Origin: an uncultured Azospirillum sp.
GTDB taxonomy: Bacteria; Pseudomonadota; Alphaproteobacteria; RF32; CAG-239
Length of the DNA: 64,000 nt
Assembly: GCA_900539605.1 (NCBI GenBank)
Contig: UQCS01000002.1
Span: 20,955-84,954, forward strand
Direction: 5' to 3'
Each line of letters opens with the position of its first letter. The first letter of the stretch is position 1. A program made the position numbers and the translations under genes. Under the pieces are notes generated by a model. It saw only the letters and a list, made by a program, of their open reading frames with translations. It was not told the origin of the DNA and did not search any database. Below are positions 47,609-56,385 of this stretch, in pieces.

Positions 47609-49885
47609 TTAGAAGTCTCTTCCCGAAATCAAATTGCCTTTGGCACACCCTGAAACATCTTCAAAACGGTATATCTTATTCCATACGGCAACGGCAGCCT
47701 CCGGCGTATATGGCCGATAAACAAAATCTGCCCGATAGAATGCCGCCGGCACTGCACGCGCTTCGGCTGCAAAACATAACGGACGACCGGCAAGAAGAAC
47801 GGTCTGACAATCTTTCGACAAAGCCATATACTCTTTTCCGTTGTGACGCAGTTTAAGCCATTTTTCACCTTTAGGACAGCTCTTGCAGGGATTGGCGCGA
47901 ATACAAACCGCACTGGTAAACAACGGCGCATCTTGATAAACAGGCATCACAACCGGCAACGACGCCGTTTCCGCTATTTTTTTCATATTCTCAATACTAT
48001 CTTCAACCGACAAGCTCACCCGCGAGGCACCGATTTCTTTCGCCGCCTCAATCGCCTGAGTGTTCAACATATAAAGGCTCGTATCAAAACTCAGGTCGAT
48101 GCCTTTGTCCGGCAGCATCTCCAGCCCCCACCAGTTACCGATTTCCCATTTCTTATAACCGCCGGCAAGCAAGCATCTGACTGTTTCAGCAAATTGCAGC
48201 GGCGAACGCGATAAAGCCGGCAACGCCAGCCGCAACTTGTTTTTCGGCAATCGATTCAAACATTCGCTTTCGAACCCGGGCTTTAAAATACATACAATTT
48301 CATCGACCTGTTTCAAATCGATTTTAGCCAGACAATTCGGATTGTCCGTCCGTATAATCCAACGCACGCCGGTTGCAGCCGCCGGCACTCCGGTAACAGG
48401 CAAAGTCGAAACTACCGTTTGCGGAACAATTTTTGCATAGAGCTCTCGTCGCAGTTCGTTTAATTTTGATAACGGCACAAAACGTTCTTGCGGATTACGG
48501 ATTTCTATTTTTTGTAAACTCAATCGGGTATCGCCGGTTTTGGCAAACGCTGCTTCTATAGCATTTTTTACCTTTTCCGGATCGTTGGCAACCGTAAATT
48601 CTCCCTCTGCCGAAGCCGCAAAACCGTTTGCCGCTGCTGTTATTTTTTCGGCTTCAACTATTACCGAAACATCAATCGGACAACGCTGCCTGAACTCACC
48701 CTGTTTTGGTTTTTTATAATCATAAGCGCCCTTAACCCGGCTTGACGAAGCCAAATAAACTTTCATCCCTTTTTCCAAACGCGGTGTTTGCGGGGGCAAA
48801 AAGATCATCACTTCATCGCCGGCTTTGGCTTCAAAAACGCTTTTCCCTTTAACCTGCATCGATTGCAACGAAAAACCAAACGGTTTTTCCTCTCCCGGCA
48901 CATCAATCTGAATCCCGTCATGACGGGCAATGTCATGGCGAATATGTAAAATCATCCGCCCCTTCAAAATCTGTTCAATATGACCGGCCGGCAAACCGCG
49001 ATGTCCGACAAAATCCGGCTCTACCACTGTTTTGTCTTTGCCGCGCAAATGAAACGACGACCACGGCCGTGAAAAAATCTGTTTGATGTTTTCTTCTCTT
49101 TCGCCGTCACATCCCCGACCGTCCAAAATCCGCCGGTAATAGTCCGTAACCGCCGCCACATACAAAGCGTTTTTCTTACGACCTTCAATCTTCAGCGAGG
49201 TCACCGGCATTTGCAAAATATCTTCTTTCAGTGCCATGTCTTTCATTGAAAAATAATGCCGACTTCCGCTTTCACCCTCAAATTCCGAACGGCAGGGATA
49301 CAAACATTTGCCGCGATTGGCGCTGCGGCCACATTCCAACGACGAAAACAAACACATTCCGCTGTAAGAATAACATAAGGCCCCGTGGATAAAAGCTTCT
49401 GTTTCCAGCCCCGGAATGGAAGCAATGTCTTTGATTTCTGCCAAACTGAGCTCCCGTGCCAGAACCACCCGCGAAAAACCGAGTTTCTGCAGCGCGAGCG
49501 CTCCCTGTTTGTTATGAACCGCCATTTGGGTGCTGGCATGCAATTCCAACTCAGGATATTTTTCCCGAATAACCCGTGCAACGCCCAAATCCTGCAAAAT
49601 CACGGCATCAATCCGGCAACGCGAACAAATATCCAAACTGTTCAAAAGCTGGGGCAATTCGGCTTCCGTGATCAAGGTATTGACCGCCGCATAAACTTTT
49701 TTTCCTTGACTGTGGGCAAATCCGACAAACTCATCCAGCGCCTCTTCGTCAAAATTTGTTGCCGTCGCACGGGCCGAAAAATGTTTCAGTCCGAGGTAAA
49801 CGGCATCGGCACCGTAATATAAAGCGGCATACCCGGCCTCCGGATCGCCGGCCGGTGACAAAAGTTCTTTTTTCATTTTTCCCAT
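47609..49885 (-). CDS. peptidase U32 family protein, long (758 aa) form
   Basis: N-terminal LLSPAGD...GADAVYLG and the U32 signature EAFIHGALCYSYSGMCLFSS. Long C-terminal extension. Confidence 0.85.
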   Translation of the reverse strand: MGKMKKELLSPAGDPEAGYAALYYGADAVYLGLKHFSARATATNFDEEALDEFVGFAHSQGKKVYAAVNTLITEAELPQLLNSLDICSRCRIDAVILQDLGVARVIREKYPELELHASTQMAVHNKQGALALQKLGFSRVVLARELSLAEIKDIASIPGLETEAFIHGALCYSYSGMCLFSSLECGRSANRGKCLYPCRSEFEGESGSRHYFSMKDMALKEDILQMPVTSLKIEGRKKNALYVAAVTDYYRRILDGRGCDGEREENIKQIFSRPWSSFHLRGKDKTVVEPDFVGHRGLPAGHIEQILKGRMILHIRHDIARHDGIQIDVPGEEKPFGFSLQSMQVKGKSVFEAKAGDEVMIFLPPQTPRLEKGMKVYLASSSRVKGAYDYKKPKQGEFRQRCPIDVSVIVEAEKITAAANGFAASAEGEFTVANDPEKVKNAIEAAFAKTGDTRLSLQKIEIRNPQERFVPLSKLNELRRELYAKIVPQTVVSTLPVTGVPAAATGVRWIIRTDNPNCLAKIDLKQVDEIVCILKPGFESECLNRLPKNKLRLALPALSRSPLQFAETVRCLLAGGYKKWEIGNWWGLEMLPDKGIDLSFDTSLYMLNTQAIEAAKEIGASRVSLSVEDSIENMKKIAETASLPVVMPVYQDAPLFTSAVCIRANPCKSCPKGEKWLKLRHNGKEYMALSKDCQTVLLAGRPLCFAAEARAVPAAFYRADFVYRPYTPEAAVAVWNKIYRFEDVSGCAKGNLISGRDF

Positions 49886-49887
49886 TC

Positions 49888-51651
49888 CTATCGCAGCTGA
49901 CTTTTATACAAAGAAGCATAAACTCCGTTTTCTTTTTCCAAAAGTTCCTGATGAGTTCCGCTTTCTACAATTGTGCCGTAATTCACCACCACAATCCGAT
50001 CAGCGTTCCGAACCGTTGACAAGCGGTGGGCGACAATAAACACGGTACGGTCTTTCATCAAATTATCAATAGCTTTCTGCACCACGGCTTCCGACTTGTT
50101 ATCCAACGCCGAAGTCGCTTCGTCCAAAATAACGATCGGCGCGTTTTTCAAAAAGGCACGTGCAATCGCAATCCGCTGTTTTTGCCCGCCGGAAAGCAAA
50201 ACCCCCCGCTCGCCGATCCGGGTATCCAGCCCCAAATCAAGACCGCCGACAAATTCTTCCAGACAAGCGTCGCGAACCGCAGCGTCCAACTCCTGTTGGG
50301 TGGCATTTTCTTTCCCCAACAGAATATTATCGCGAATAGTCCCGTCAAACAAAAAATTATCCTGAAAAACCACCGCAATTTTGTCTCGCAGCGAATCAAG
50401 CGAAAAACAACGGATATCGATGTCGTCAATTGTCACTTGCCCCGAATTGACGTCATAAAAACGCGGCAGCAGATTAACCAACGTTGTTTTACCGCCGCCC
50501 GAATTGCCGACAAAAGCCACGGTCTGTCCAACCGCAATTTTCAAATTGACGTGTTTCAAAACCGGATGACCGGGTTTATACCCGAAACAAACGTCCCGGT
50601 ATTCTATACAATCACCGACCGTCGTCAGTTCCCGAGCTTGAGGGGTGTCCCGGATTAACGGCACCCGTCCCAAATTTCCAAAGACACGCTCCATTGCCAT
50701 CAACGCCATCTGCACGTTATTGTAATTGTTGCCGATCGACTTAATCGGATTGTAGAGCATGATCAGCGCCGTAATAAAAGAAACGAAGTTTCCGGCACTG
50801 ATTTGCTGGTGAACGATCAAATAGCTCCCGGTCCAGATGACCGCGGCAATACCCAGCGACACAATAAAATGCATCAGCGGCGACATCATTCCCGTCCGTT
50901 GAATCATTTTGATCCCAAGCTTAAACACCGACCGTAGCGTTTCGCGAAAACGGGCACTTTGATACTTGTAAAGATTGTACGAAGCAATAATCCGATTGCC
51001 GTTATAAGTCTCGTTATAATGACTCATTACCGCCGCACCGGAAAAAATAGTCTTGTCCATCACCGATTTAATCCGGCGTCGCACCGTTGTCAGCGGATAC
51101 AAAGCGCCAAACAGTATCACCACCGCAATCAGCGCCAGCTGCCACGAATTATAAAAAAGCACAAAAATCAATGATACTGAGGAAAACACCCGGGTTGTAA
51201 ACAATTTCAGATTAGAAAGCAGTCCATTACAAGCCACGTCAACATCGGTATTGTAACTAATCATCACCTGCCCCGAGGTCGTCGTGTCAAAAAAAGTGGC
51301 TTCGTTGGCCATCAGACGGTCAAACAAATCCATTTTAACATCGTTGGCAATTTTGCGCCCGACCCACGTATTCAGATAAGTTGCAGCATAATTGAGCAAA
51401 CTTTGCAAGCAACTGAATATAATGATTAAAATCGGAATATAATTGGTGGCGTTGGTGTTTTTTTCCACCATAACCACATCCATATAAGGCTTCAGCGACC
51501 AGGCAATAACCGCATCCATCGATCCTATCGGGATCGTTATCAAAACCGAAAGCAACGCCCGCCACCAATAAGGTTTGATATACGGGAAAATTTTTCGATA
51601 ATTTTGAATAACGTACAGGGAGTCTATTTTTTCTTTTAATTTTTTAAACAT
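49888..51651 (-). CDS. ABC transporter permease/ATPase fusion (MsbA-like exporter)
   Basis: Six-TM N-terminal half, Walker A GNSGGGKTT, signature LSGGQKQR, Walker B IVILDEATS. ATG at 51651 chosen, since the track start at 51744 is TTG. Ends 2 nt before the U32 gene start. Confidence 0.9.
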   Translation of the reverse strand: MFKKLKEKIDSLYVIQNYRKIFPYIKPYWWRALLSVLITIPIGSMDAVIAWSLKPYMDVVMVEKNTNATNYIPILIIIFSCLQSLLNYAATYLNTWVGRKIANDVKMDLFDRLMANEATFFDTTTSGQVMISYNTDVDVACNGLLSNLKLFTTRVFSSVSLIFVLFYNSWQLALIAVVILFGALYPLTTVRRRIKSVMDKTIFSGAAVMSHYNETYNGNRIIASYNLYKYQSARFRETLRSVFKLGIKMIQRTGMMSPLMHFIVSLGIAAVIWTGSYLIVHQQISAGNFVSFITALIMLYNPIKSIGNNYNNVQMALMAMERVFGNLGRVPLIRDTPQARELTTVGDCIEYRDVCFGYKPGHPVLKHVNLKIAVGQTVAFVGNSGGGKTTLVNLLPRFYDVNSGQVTIDDIDIRCFSLDSLRDKIAVVFQDNFLFDGTIRDNILLGKENATQQELDAAVRDACLEEFVGGLDLGLDTRIGERGVLLSGGQKQRIAIARAFLKNAPIVILDEATSALDNKSEAVVQKAIDNLMKDRTVFIVAHRLSTVRNADRIVVVNYGTIVESGTHQELLEKENGVYASLYKSQLR

Positions 51652-51681
51652 GTTACAACATACACCGTTACATTTTGGGGC

Positions 51682-51710
51682 ATTATATTCGTTTTTTCTC
51701 CAAAAGCCAA
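51682..51710 (-). promoter_or_regulatory. sigma70-like promoter (TTGGCT-17 nt-TATAAT) reading into the ABC/U32 operon
   Basis: On the minus strand, TTGGCT at 51710-51705 and TATAAT at 51687-51682. Lies in the 80-bp gap between the phage o-spanin stop and the ABC start. Confidence 0.4.
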
Positions 51711-51731
51711 CAATTTTATGCAATTTTTCCT

Positions 51732-51962
51732 TCACGAGCGGCAAACTTCCAATTCACGCCGTAGTTTATCCAGCCTTCCGAGCCATTCCCAAAATCGCGG
51801 TGCCTGTTCATAGCTGACTTTCTCCAACTCTAAAGCCACTTCCTGGCCTGCCGGCGGATAAACATAACAAATGTTACAATTCACCGGCGCGCATGAGCTT
51901 AAGCAGATCATCACGACCGGCATTAGGCCGGCTCTGAATAAGCGCTTTTTTCTTTTCCACAT
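51732..51962 (-). CDS. o-spanin (outer-membrane lipoprotein spanin subunit)
   Basis: MWKRKKRLFRAGLMPVVMICLSSC has a lipobox (LSSC). GGGAGG SD 9 nt upstream of the ATG at 51962. The start lies inside the i-spanin gene in another frame. Confidence 0.7.
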   Translation of the reverse strand: MWKRKKRLFRAGLMPVVMICLSSCAPVNCNICYVYPPAGQEVALELEKVSYEQAPRFWEWLGRLDKLRRELEVCRS

Positions 51963-52104
51963 ACCGGATAACCTCCCTTTCTTTTTCAACAATCTGTATT
52001 TTTGCCCGGCTTTCGCCCACTTTCACTCCCGTTTCATAAAAGGCAAAACAAAGGGCGGCCGCTGTTACCAGCGTCACCACCCAACGCACGAACGAATTTA
52101 CCAT
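51874..52104 (-). CDS. i-spanin (inner-membrane spanin subunit)
   Basis: MVNSFVRWVVTLVTAAALCFAFY N-terminal TM, then a charged helical region. ATGGTAA overlap with the upstream gene stop. Overlaps the o-spanin gene by 89 nt. Confidence 0.65.
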   Translation of the reverse strand: MVNSFVRWVVTLVTAAALCFAFYETGVKVGESRAKIQIVEKEREVIRYVEKKKALIQSRPNAGRDDLLKLMRAGEL

Positions 52105-52628
52105 ATCACAAACCCGGTAAGCACCGCTCCCCACAGCCATTCTCCCAGATTCCACGCCGTTTTGCCGCCTCTCTTGAACAGCAACCGGTCAAGCGCCTCC
52201 CCAAACAGATAGCACAACGGCATTAAAACGCCGCAAAGTATAACCGGGATTGACCTCACTGCCAGCCCGGTAAAAAAGCTCCACATCAACCCGCGTAACC
52301 CCAAAGCAGCAAATCCCCATATCCGCGGATATTCCGACAAATATACAACTTTACCGTGTAATTTTATCCGAACCGAATTGACAATTTCATCAATCTGCGG
52401 CACTTCCGCCTGCGACGGCGCCGCCCCGAACAAAGCGCCGATATAAGTTCCCCATCCGAATTGCTGTCCCACATAGGCAGCAACAAATACGCAAATCGTC
52501 GTTTCGATATCCCGGGCAAACAAAGCCAAAAAAAGCGGAAACAACAGCTTGTTCCCGCTAAAATCAAACAATCCGCCGCGCACCCGGTTAAGTAATGCCC
52601 CGACGGCCATCCACAAAATTCTTATCAT
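52098..52628 (-). CDS. polytopic membrane protein in the lysis cassette (holin/lysis-regulator candidate)
   Basis: About 176 aa with at least 4 hydrophobic helices. AAGGAAAGG lies upstream of the ATGs at 52634 and 52628. Located between the endolysin and the spanins. Confidence 0.55.
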   Translation of the reverse strand: MIRILWMAVGALLNRVRGGLFDFSGNKLLFPLFLALFARDIETTICVFVAAYVGQQFGWGTYIGALFGAAPSQAEVPQIDEIVNSVRIKLHGKVVYLSEYPRIWGFAALGLRGLMWSFFTGLAVRSIPVILCGVLMPLCYLFGEALDRLLFKRGGKTAWNLGEWLWGAVLTGFVIW

Positions 52629-52649
52629 TTTCATCCTTTCCTTCAAAAA

Positions 52650-52805
52650 TTATAACAAGGCCAGCCCGGCCAGCCCGAAGCGCCAGGCACATACGGCACC
52701 TACCGCCAACATACCCCACAACAGCCAATATACGCGCCGATGCCGCAGCGCCAGCCGGATCAGCCATTTCCAAAACCGGTACCGGCAATTTTCATGTTCT
52801 TTCAT
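52650..52805 (-). CDS. 51-aa membrane peptide (not in ORF track), lysis-cassette component candidate
   Basis: Hand translation: MKEHENCRYRFWKWLIRLALRHRRVYWLLWGMLAVGAVCAWRFGLAGLALL. AAGGTG SD 5 nt upstream. Arg/Trp-rich N-terminus plus a C-terminal TM. Confidence 0.5.
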   Translation of the reverse strand: MKEHENCRYRFWKWLIRLALRHRRVYWLLWGMLAVGAVCAWRFGLAGLALL

Positions 52806-52917
52806 TGTTCACCTTTCACCAACAAAAAAATCCCCTTGCAGGAAAAATCCGATCTCCGGCATCCCGCTCTCATACAAATAATACGCCAACATCCTCCCAA
52901 ATAAACTTGACTGCTCC

Positions 52918-53349
52918 TCAATCTATATCATTGTAAAATAAATGATTCCCTACCTCATAGCATGGACTTTTGTGAGCACTCCATTTGGGACGAACCGCCC
53001 TGGTATGATAAAAAGTGGCATTGTTGGTAAAATCCACCAACAAGCCGCCGATAGCCCGCGCTGCCAAATGCAAGCATTCGGCAAACACCGGATCATTTTC
53101 ATCAACCTTCTGCAAAAGCCGGTAATTCGGATCTTTTTCGTTCCAGCACGAAAACTGGCGCGGCTTCAAACAAGTCTCGGCAATTCCCGGAATTTTCACC
53201 CCGTATTCGGTGCGGTAACCGGTAAACCACTTCCGGGCATTAAACCGGTTAATAATCACCAGCGCCACCGCTTCCATACCTTCTGCCCCCTCACCCCGTG
53301 CTTCGCCGTAAATCGTTTTGGCCATAATTTCAACATCTCTGTTACTCAT
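52918..53349 (-). CDS. endolysin, SleB-type cell wall hydrolase (Hydrolase_2 family)
   Basis: 143 aa with IYGEARGEG...AVALVIINR...SCWN...ATFYH, characteristic of SleB-like hydrolases common in alphaproteobacterial phages. Confidence 0.8.
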   Translation of the reverse strand: MSNRDVEIMAKTIYGEARGEGAEGMEAVALVIINRFNARKWFTGYRTEYGVKIPGIAETCLKPRQFSCWNEKDPNYRLLQKVDENDPVFAECLHLAARAIGGLLVDFTNNATFYHTRAVRPKWSAHKSPCYEVGNHLFYNDID

Positions 53350-53593
53350 CCTTGCGTTTCCTCCTATTTTTATCTGCCAGCATCAAATCCAATTTTACCT
53401 TTAATTCGGTCAAAAGTTCGTTCTGCTTGTTTATCAGCAAAATCAACCCTTCCACCCGTCCGTCATAGCTGTCTTGCCTTTTTTCCAACCCGTCCAGTTT
53501 GGTTTCCTGCCGGGCTTTCCACTCTCCCAGGCGGACAAAATTGAACAACACGCCCAAAAGCGCGGAACTGCCGCTGATTAATCCCCAATCCAT
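53342..53593 (-). CDS. single-TM coiled-coil protein (holin candidate)
   Basis: MDWGLISGSSALLGVLFNFV TM, coiled coil, basic tail RRKRKDE. GGAGGAGAAA precedes the ATG at 53593. 8-nt overlap with the endolysin start. Confidence 0.55.
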   Translation of the reverse strand: MDWGLISGSSALLGVLFNFVRLGEWKARQETKLDGLEKRQDSYDGRVEGLILLINKQNELLTELKVKLDLMLADKNRRKRKDE

Positions 53594-53604
53594 TTTCTCC
53601 TCCA

Positions 53605-53630
53605 TCAAAAAAGGGAGCCTTAGGCTCCCT
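53605..53630 (-). terminator. rho-independent terminator whose loop contains the fibre-chaperone stop codon
   Basis: GGGAGCC-TAA-GGCTCCC followed by TTTTTT on the minus strand. Separates the tail genes from the lysis cassette. Confidence 0.7.
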
Positions 53631-54048
53631 TCCATTCTTCAAAAGTTTTGACTTCCAACTCCGGAAATTCTTCGGCTTTCGGAATATCACGCAGATATTG
53701 CCGATACCGCAGATATTGTTCCCGTTCTTCAACGGTCACCGGATAATCCTCCAACATCATTTTATCGGTACTCAACAGCAATATATCGCGTTTAAGCCGG
53801 ATTTCGGCGCATTGTTGTTCTCTTTTGGCTTCCTCGCTCAACACCGGTTCCGGTTCTTGCTCAGGAAAATCCTCTATCACCCACTTTTCGCCGTCAAAGC
53901 AGCAGTTCTGCCGTACCGGATCAAATTCCGGCGGTTCCACAGACGTAGCGCTCGCGGGAAACAGCCATTTGCCCGGTTCCAACGGATCCGGCTGCACTTC
54001 CTCGCTCCCTAAATATTCACCTTTTTGATTGTAATTATATGCTAACAT
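53620..54048 (-). CDS. tail fibre assembly chaperone (Tfa-like)
   Basis: 142 aa with Y..........G.Y.G....Q.DPLEPG.WL.PA N-terminus and ER.QYL.YRQ.LRDIP C-terminus, typical of phage tail fibre assembly proteins. Immediately follows a fibre gene. Confidence 0.7.
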   Translation of the reverse strand: MLAYNYNQKGEYLGSEEVQPDPLEPGKWLFPASATSVEPPEFDPVRQNCCFDGEKWVIEDFPEQEPEPVLSEEAKREQQCAEIRLKRDILLLSTDKMMLEDYPVTVEEREQYLRYRQYLRDIPKAEEFPELEVKTFEEWKGA

Positions 54049-54059
54049 ATGGTTTCTCC

Positions 54060-55196
54060 TTAATATTTAATTAAAAAGTTCAACGCATGGTTGCGCGGCG
54101 TTACATGCATGGAACTGCCGTAAATCGAAGACGACGCCGATGCTTTCATCGTATAGACAGTCTTGGCATTTGCCGTACAAGCATTCGTAAACGTTGTGAC
54201 GGACTCCGGACTGCCGCAAGAAAAGCACCCACTGCTGGATCCATTAAACCATCCGGTATTTGACGCAAAAGTTCCGGTAATTTCCGGTAAACCTTCGCCT
54301 TGCCGTTTTCCGATCGCTGATGTAATCCCCGACAAATAACCACGAATAAAATCACCGCGAAAATCCGGCAGGTTAAAAGTGGTCGAACCGTCACCGCTGC
54401 CGTAAGTGGTACCGAGAACACTGAACAAATCCGCATAAGTCGTACGGCTGACGGCAGCTCCGTTACAAATCAAATAACCGCTCAAAGACGCCAGCGGATA
54501 TATAATAACTGTTCCCGGGTGTACAAAATGAGTAGAATTGATACTCTCCGCCCAATATTTCGCCGATCCTTGCGGATGCTGAGAAATCGACCCGATCGCC
54601 CATTTTTGTGCTTCCTCTCTATAAGACAAAGCAGATTCCGTACTGGCAAGTATTACTTCTTGTAAACGTTCAACTCTTTCCACGTCTCTTTCCACATCCA
54701 TTTGATAGTTCTGAACTATCATCTTCATATTATAAGTAGCAGAAGCAGCCATTTGCGTATCTTCAAGCGCCTGATTGATGATCACGGTTTTTTCCTCGGC
54801 GTTCTGATTAAACTCCTCACTAAGATTATCGGCAAAATTTTGCAAATCCGCCTTCAGTGAATCGTCCACATAATCATGCAAGGCCGGCCGGATTGTCTCC
54901 TGATCAAACAGTTCAAGGGCCGGTTTTATATTTTCTTCGGCATAGCGGTCAATTTTCTCTTCCGCGGCACTCACTGCCTCGGTTTTGCTCTGCTCTATTT
55001 CTGTTTTCTTAACCGAAGTAAAAGCTTCCAGTTCCGGTTTTGAAACATCTTTAACATACTGGCAAATTTCATCGCGTCCATATTGAACATGAAATACCGG
55101 CACATCAATTTCCAATTTCACTTCTTTCTGAAACAACACTTCTACCGAGGCTTCTTCGGCCGCCGCAAGTGCTAATATTGTTTGTTTTTCTGCCAT
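54060..55196 (-). CDS. tail fibre protein with C-terminal phage tail-collar domain
   Basis: Helical N-terminal 200 aa. C-terminus GYLICNGAAVSRTTYADLFSVLGTTYGSGDGSTTFNLPDFRGDFIRG is the collar-domain signature. Confidence 0.8.
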   Translation of the reverse strand: MAEKQTILALAAAEEASVEVLFQKEVKLEIDVPVFHVQYGRDEICQYVKDVSKPELEAFTSVKKTEIEQSKTEAVSAAEEKIDRYAEENIKPALELFDQETIRPALHDYVDDSLKADLQNFADNLSEEFNQNAEEKTVIINQALEDTQMAASATYNMKMIVQNYQMDVERDVERVERLQEVILASTESALSYREEAQKWAIGSISQHPQGSAKYWAESINSTHFVHPGTVIIYPLASLSGYLICNGAAVSRTTYADLFSVLGTTYGSGDGSTTFNLPDFRGDFIRGYLSGITSAIGKRQGEGLPEITGTFASNTGWFNGSSSGCFSCGSPESVTTFTNACTANAKTVYTMKASASSSIYGSSMHVTPRNHALNFLIKY

Positions 55197-55199
55197 TTC

Positions 55200-55556
55200 T
55201 CACCTCGTCACCTGTTCTGTTATTTTAAAAACGCCGACTTTTCCAACTTGTTGCGGATAAATGGTATGAACCGCACCATTGGCAAATTTCAGCTCAATGT
55301 CGCAAACATAGTCCCCAACCTCAATATCGGTATTTTTGGGCGTCAGAGCGATAACGGCTTTCCCTTTTCCTGCATCAAGAATTTCTCCTTCCACCGTAAA
55401 CATGACCTTATTTTCTTTCTGATCTTTGACAGTCATCCGCAAAACACATCCGCTCAAATCCACATCTTTGCTTCGACTGTCCCGCAAATGTAGCAAAATA
55501 TCAAAACTGTCTCCCTGCCGCACAACTATCCCGTTAGATGTCATATATCCTACCAT
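55200..55556 (-). CDS. small beta-rich (Ig-like) virion-associated protein
   Basis: 118 aa with alternating beta pattern (GDSFDILLHL...LRMTVK...AVIALTP..T....GDYVCDIEL). AGGAGG 8 nt upstream. Confidence 0.5.
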   Translation of the reverse strand: MVGYMTSNGIVVRQGDSFDILLHLRDSRSKDVDLSGCVLRMTVKDQKENKVMFTVEGEILDAGKGKAVIALTPKNTDIEVGDYVCDIELKFANGAVHTIYPQQVGKVGVFKITEQVTR

Positions 55557-55559
55557 CGT

Positions 55560-56309
55560 TTAGTCCTCCTTCACCTTAATGAAATAATTAAGCGCAATAT
55601 TCTTCATCCGGGTTTCACTGCCAACTCGTCCCGATGCTCCGCCCGAAGTTTTAAAACCTGCAGCAGCGGAAGCATCATTGGCATAATAAATACCAATGGT
55701 ACGGCCGCCACCCGCACAAGCAGACTGAGCCCCCGGCAATCCGTGTGTATGGCTTTGAACCTGATCTGCCTGATAACTGCCGAAAACGCGGCTGCTGTCA
55801 TAACCGCGACCGTTGTCATAACCACGTACGACAACCCCGCGACAATCCGGCAAATTAAAAGTTGTTACCCCGTTTCCTCCACCGAAAGCGGTTCCGATCG
55901 CTTTAAACAAATCTCCATATTCATCACGCGATACCGCACGTCCGTTACAGATCATCCACTTTCCGTGATCTTTCTGCAATGCCGAGCATTTGATATCTCC
56001 CACCATCAGCGATCCGTTGATGGTCGTGGTCACTTCGGTCTTAACCAGTTTCACTTTGTCATCAACCTGTTTCAGGTTTACGGCATCACTTTCCTCCACC
56101 GCATTACCCAGCCGAACCACCTTAAAACCTCCGGCATTAACGTTTCCTTTCATCGCTACTGTCCCGCTGCGCAAAAAACATTGGTTTAGCCCTTCGGCAA
56201 AATTATCATCTTCAGCATCGTGATGATCAGTCACAATGTCAATATCATCTATTCTGTCCTGTTCCCAGCTGTGCAGCCGGGTAAAATTTCCCTGTGAATC
56301 AAAAGGCAT
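55560..56309 (-). CDS. second tail-collar-domain fibre/receptor-binding protein
   Basis: WMICNGRAVSRDEYGDLFKAIGTAFGGGNGVTTFNLPDCRGVVVRGYD. ATG at 56309 with GGGAG 7 nt upstream. Confidence 0.75.
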   Translation of the reverse strand: MPFDSQGNFTRLHSWEQDRIDDIDIVTDHHDAEDDNFAEGLNQCFLRSGTVAMKGNVNAGGFKVVRLGNAVEESDAVNLKQVDDKVKLVKTEVTTTINGSLMVGDIKCSALQKDHGKWMICNGRAVSRDEYGDLFKAIGTAFGGGNGVTTFNLPDCRGVVVRGYDNGRGYDSSRVFGSYQADQVQSHTHGLPGAQSACAGGGRTIGIYYANDASAAAGFKTSGGASGRVGSETRMKNIALNYFIKVKED

Positions 56310-56322
56310 CGATTTTCTCCCT

Positions 56323-56354
56323 ATAAAAAAACCCGGAAGTATCGTTCCGGGTTT
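56323..56354 (-). terminator. rho-independent terminator after the S74-domain gene
   Basis: AACCCGGAA-CGATAC-TTCCGGGTT followed by TTTTTT on the minus strand. Confidence 0.65.
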
Positions 56355-56385
56355 ATGTTTCAACAAAAACAACTAATAAAAATAA

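Noticed and set aside
52588-52788. Tracked 66-aa ORF in the endolysin-spanin gap
   Set aside because: It has a TTG start and no SD, its translation is Ala/Gly/Arg-rich, and it overlaps the next gene. The alternative 51-aa frame (52650-52805) has an ATG, an SD and a membrane-peptide character.
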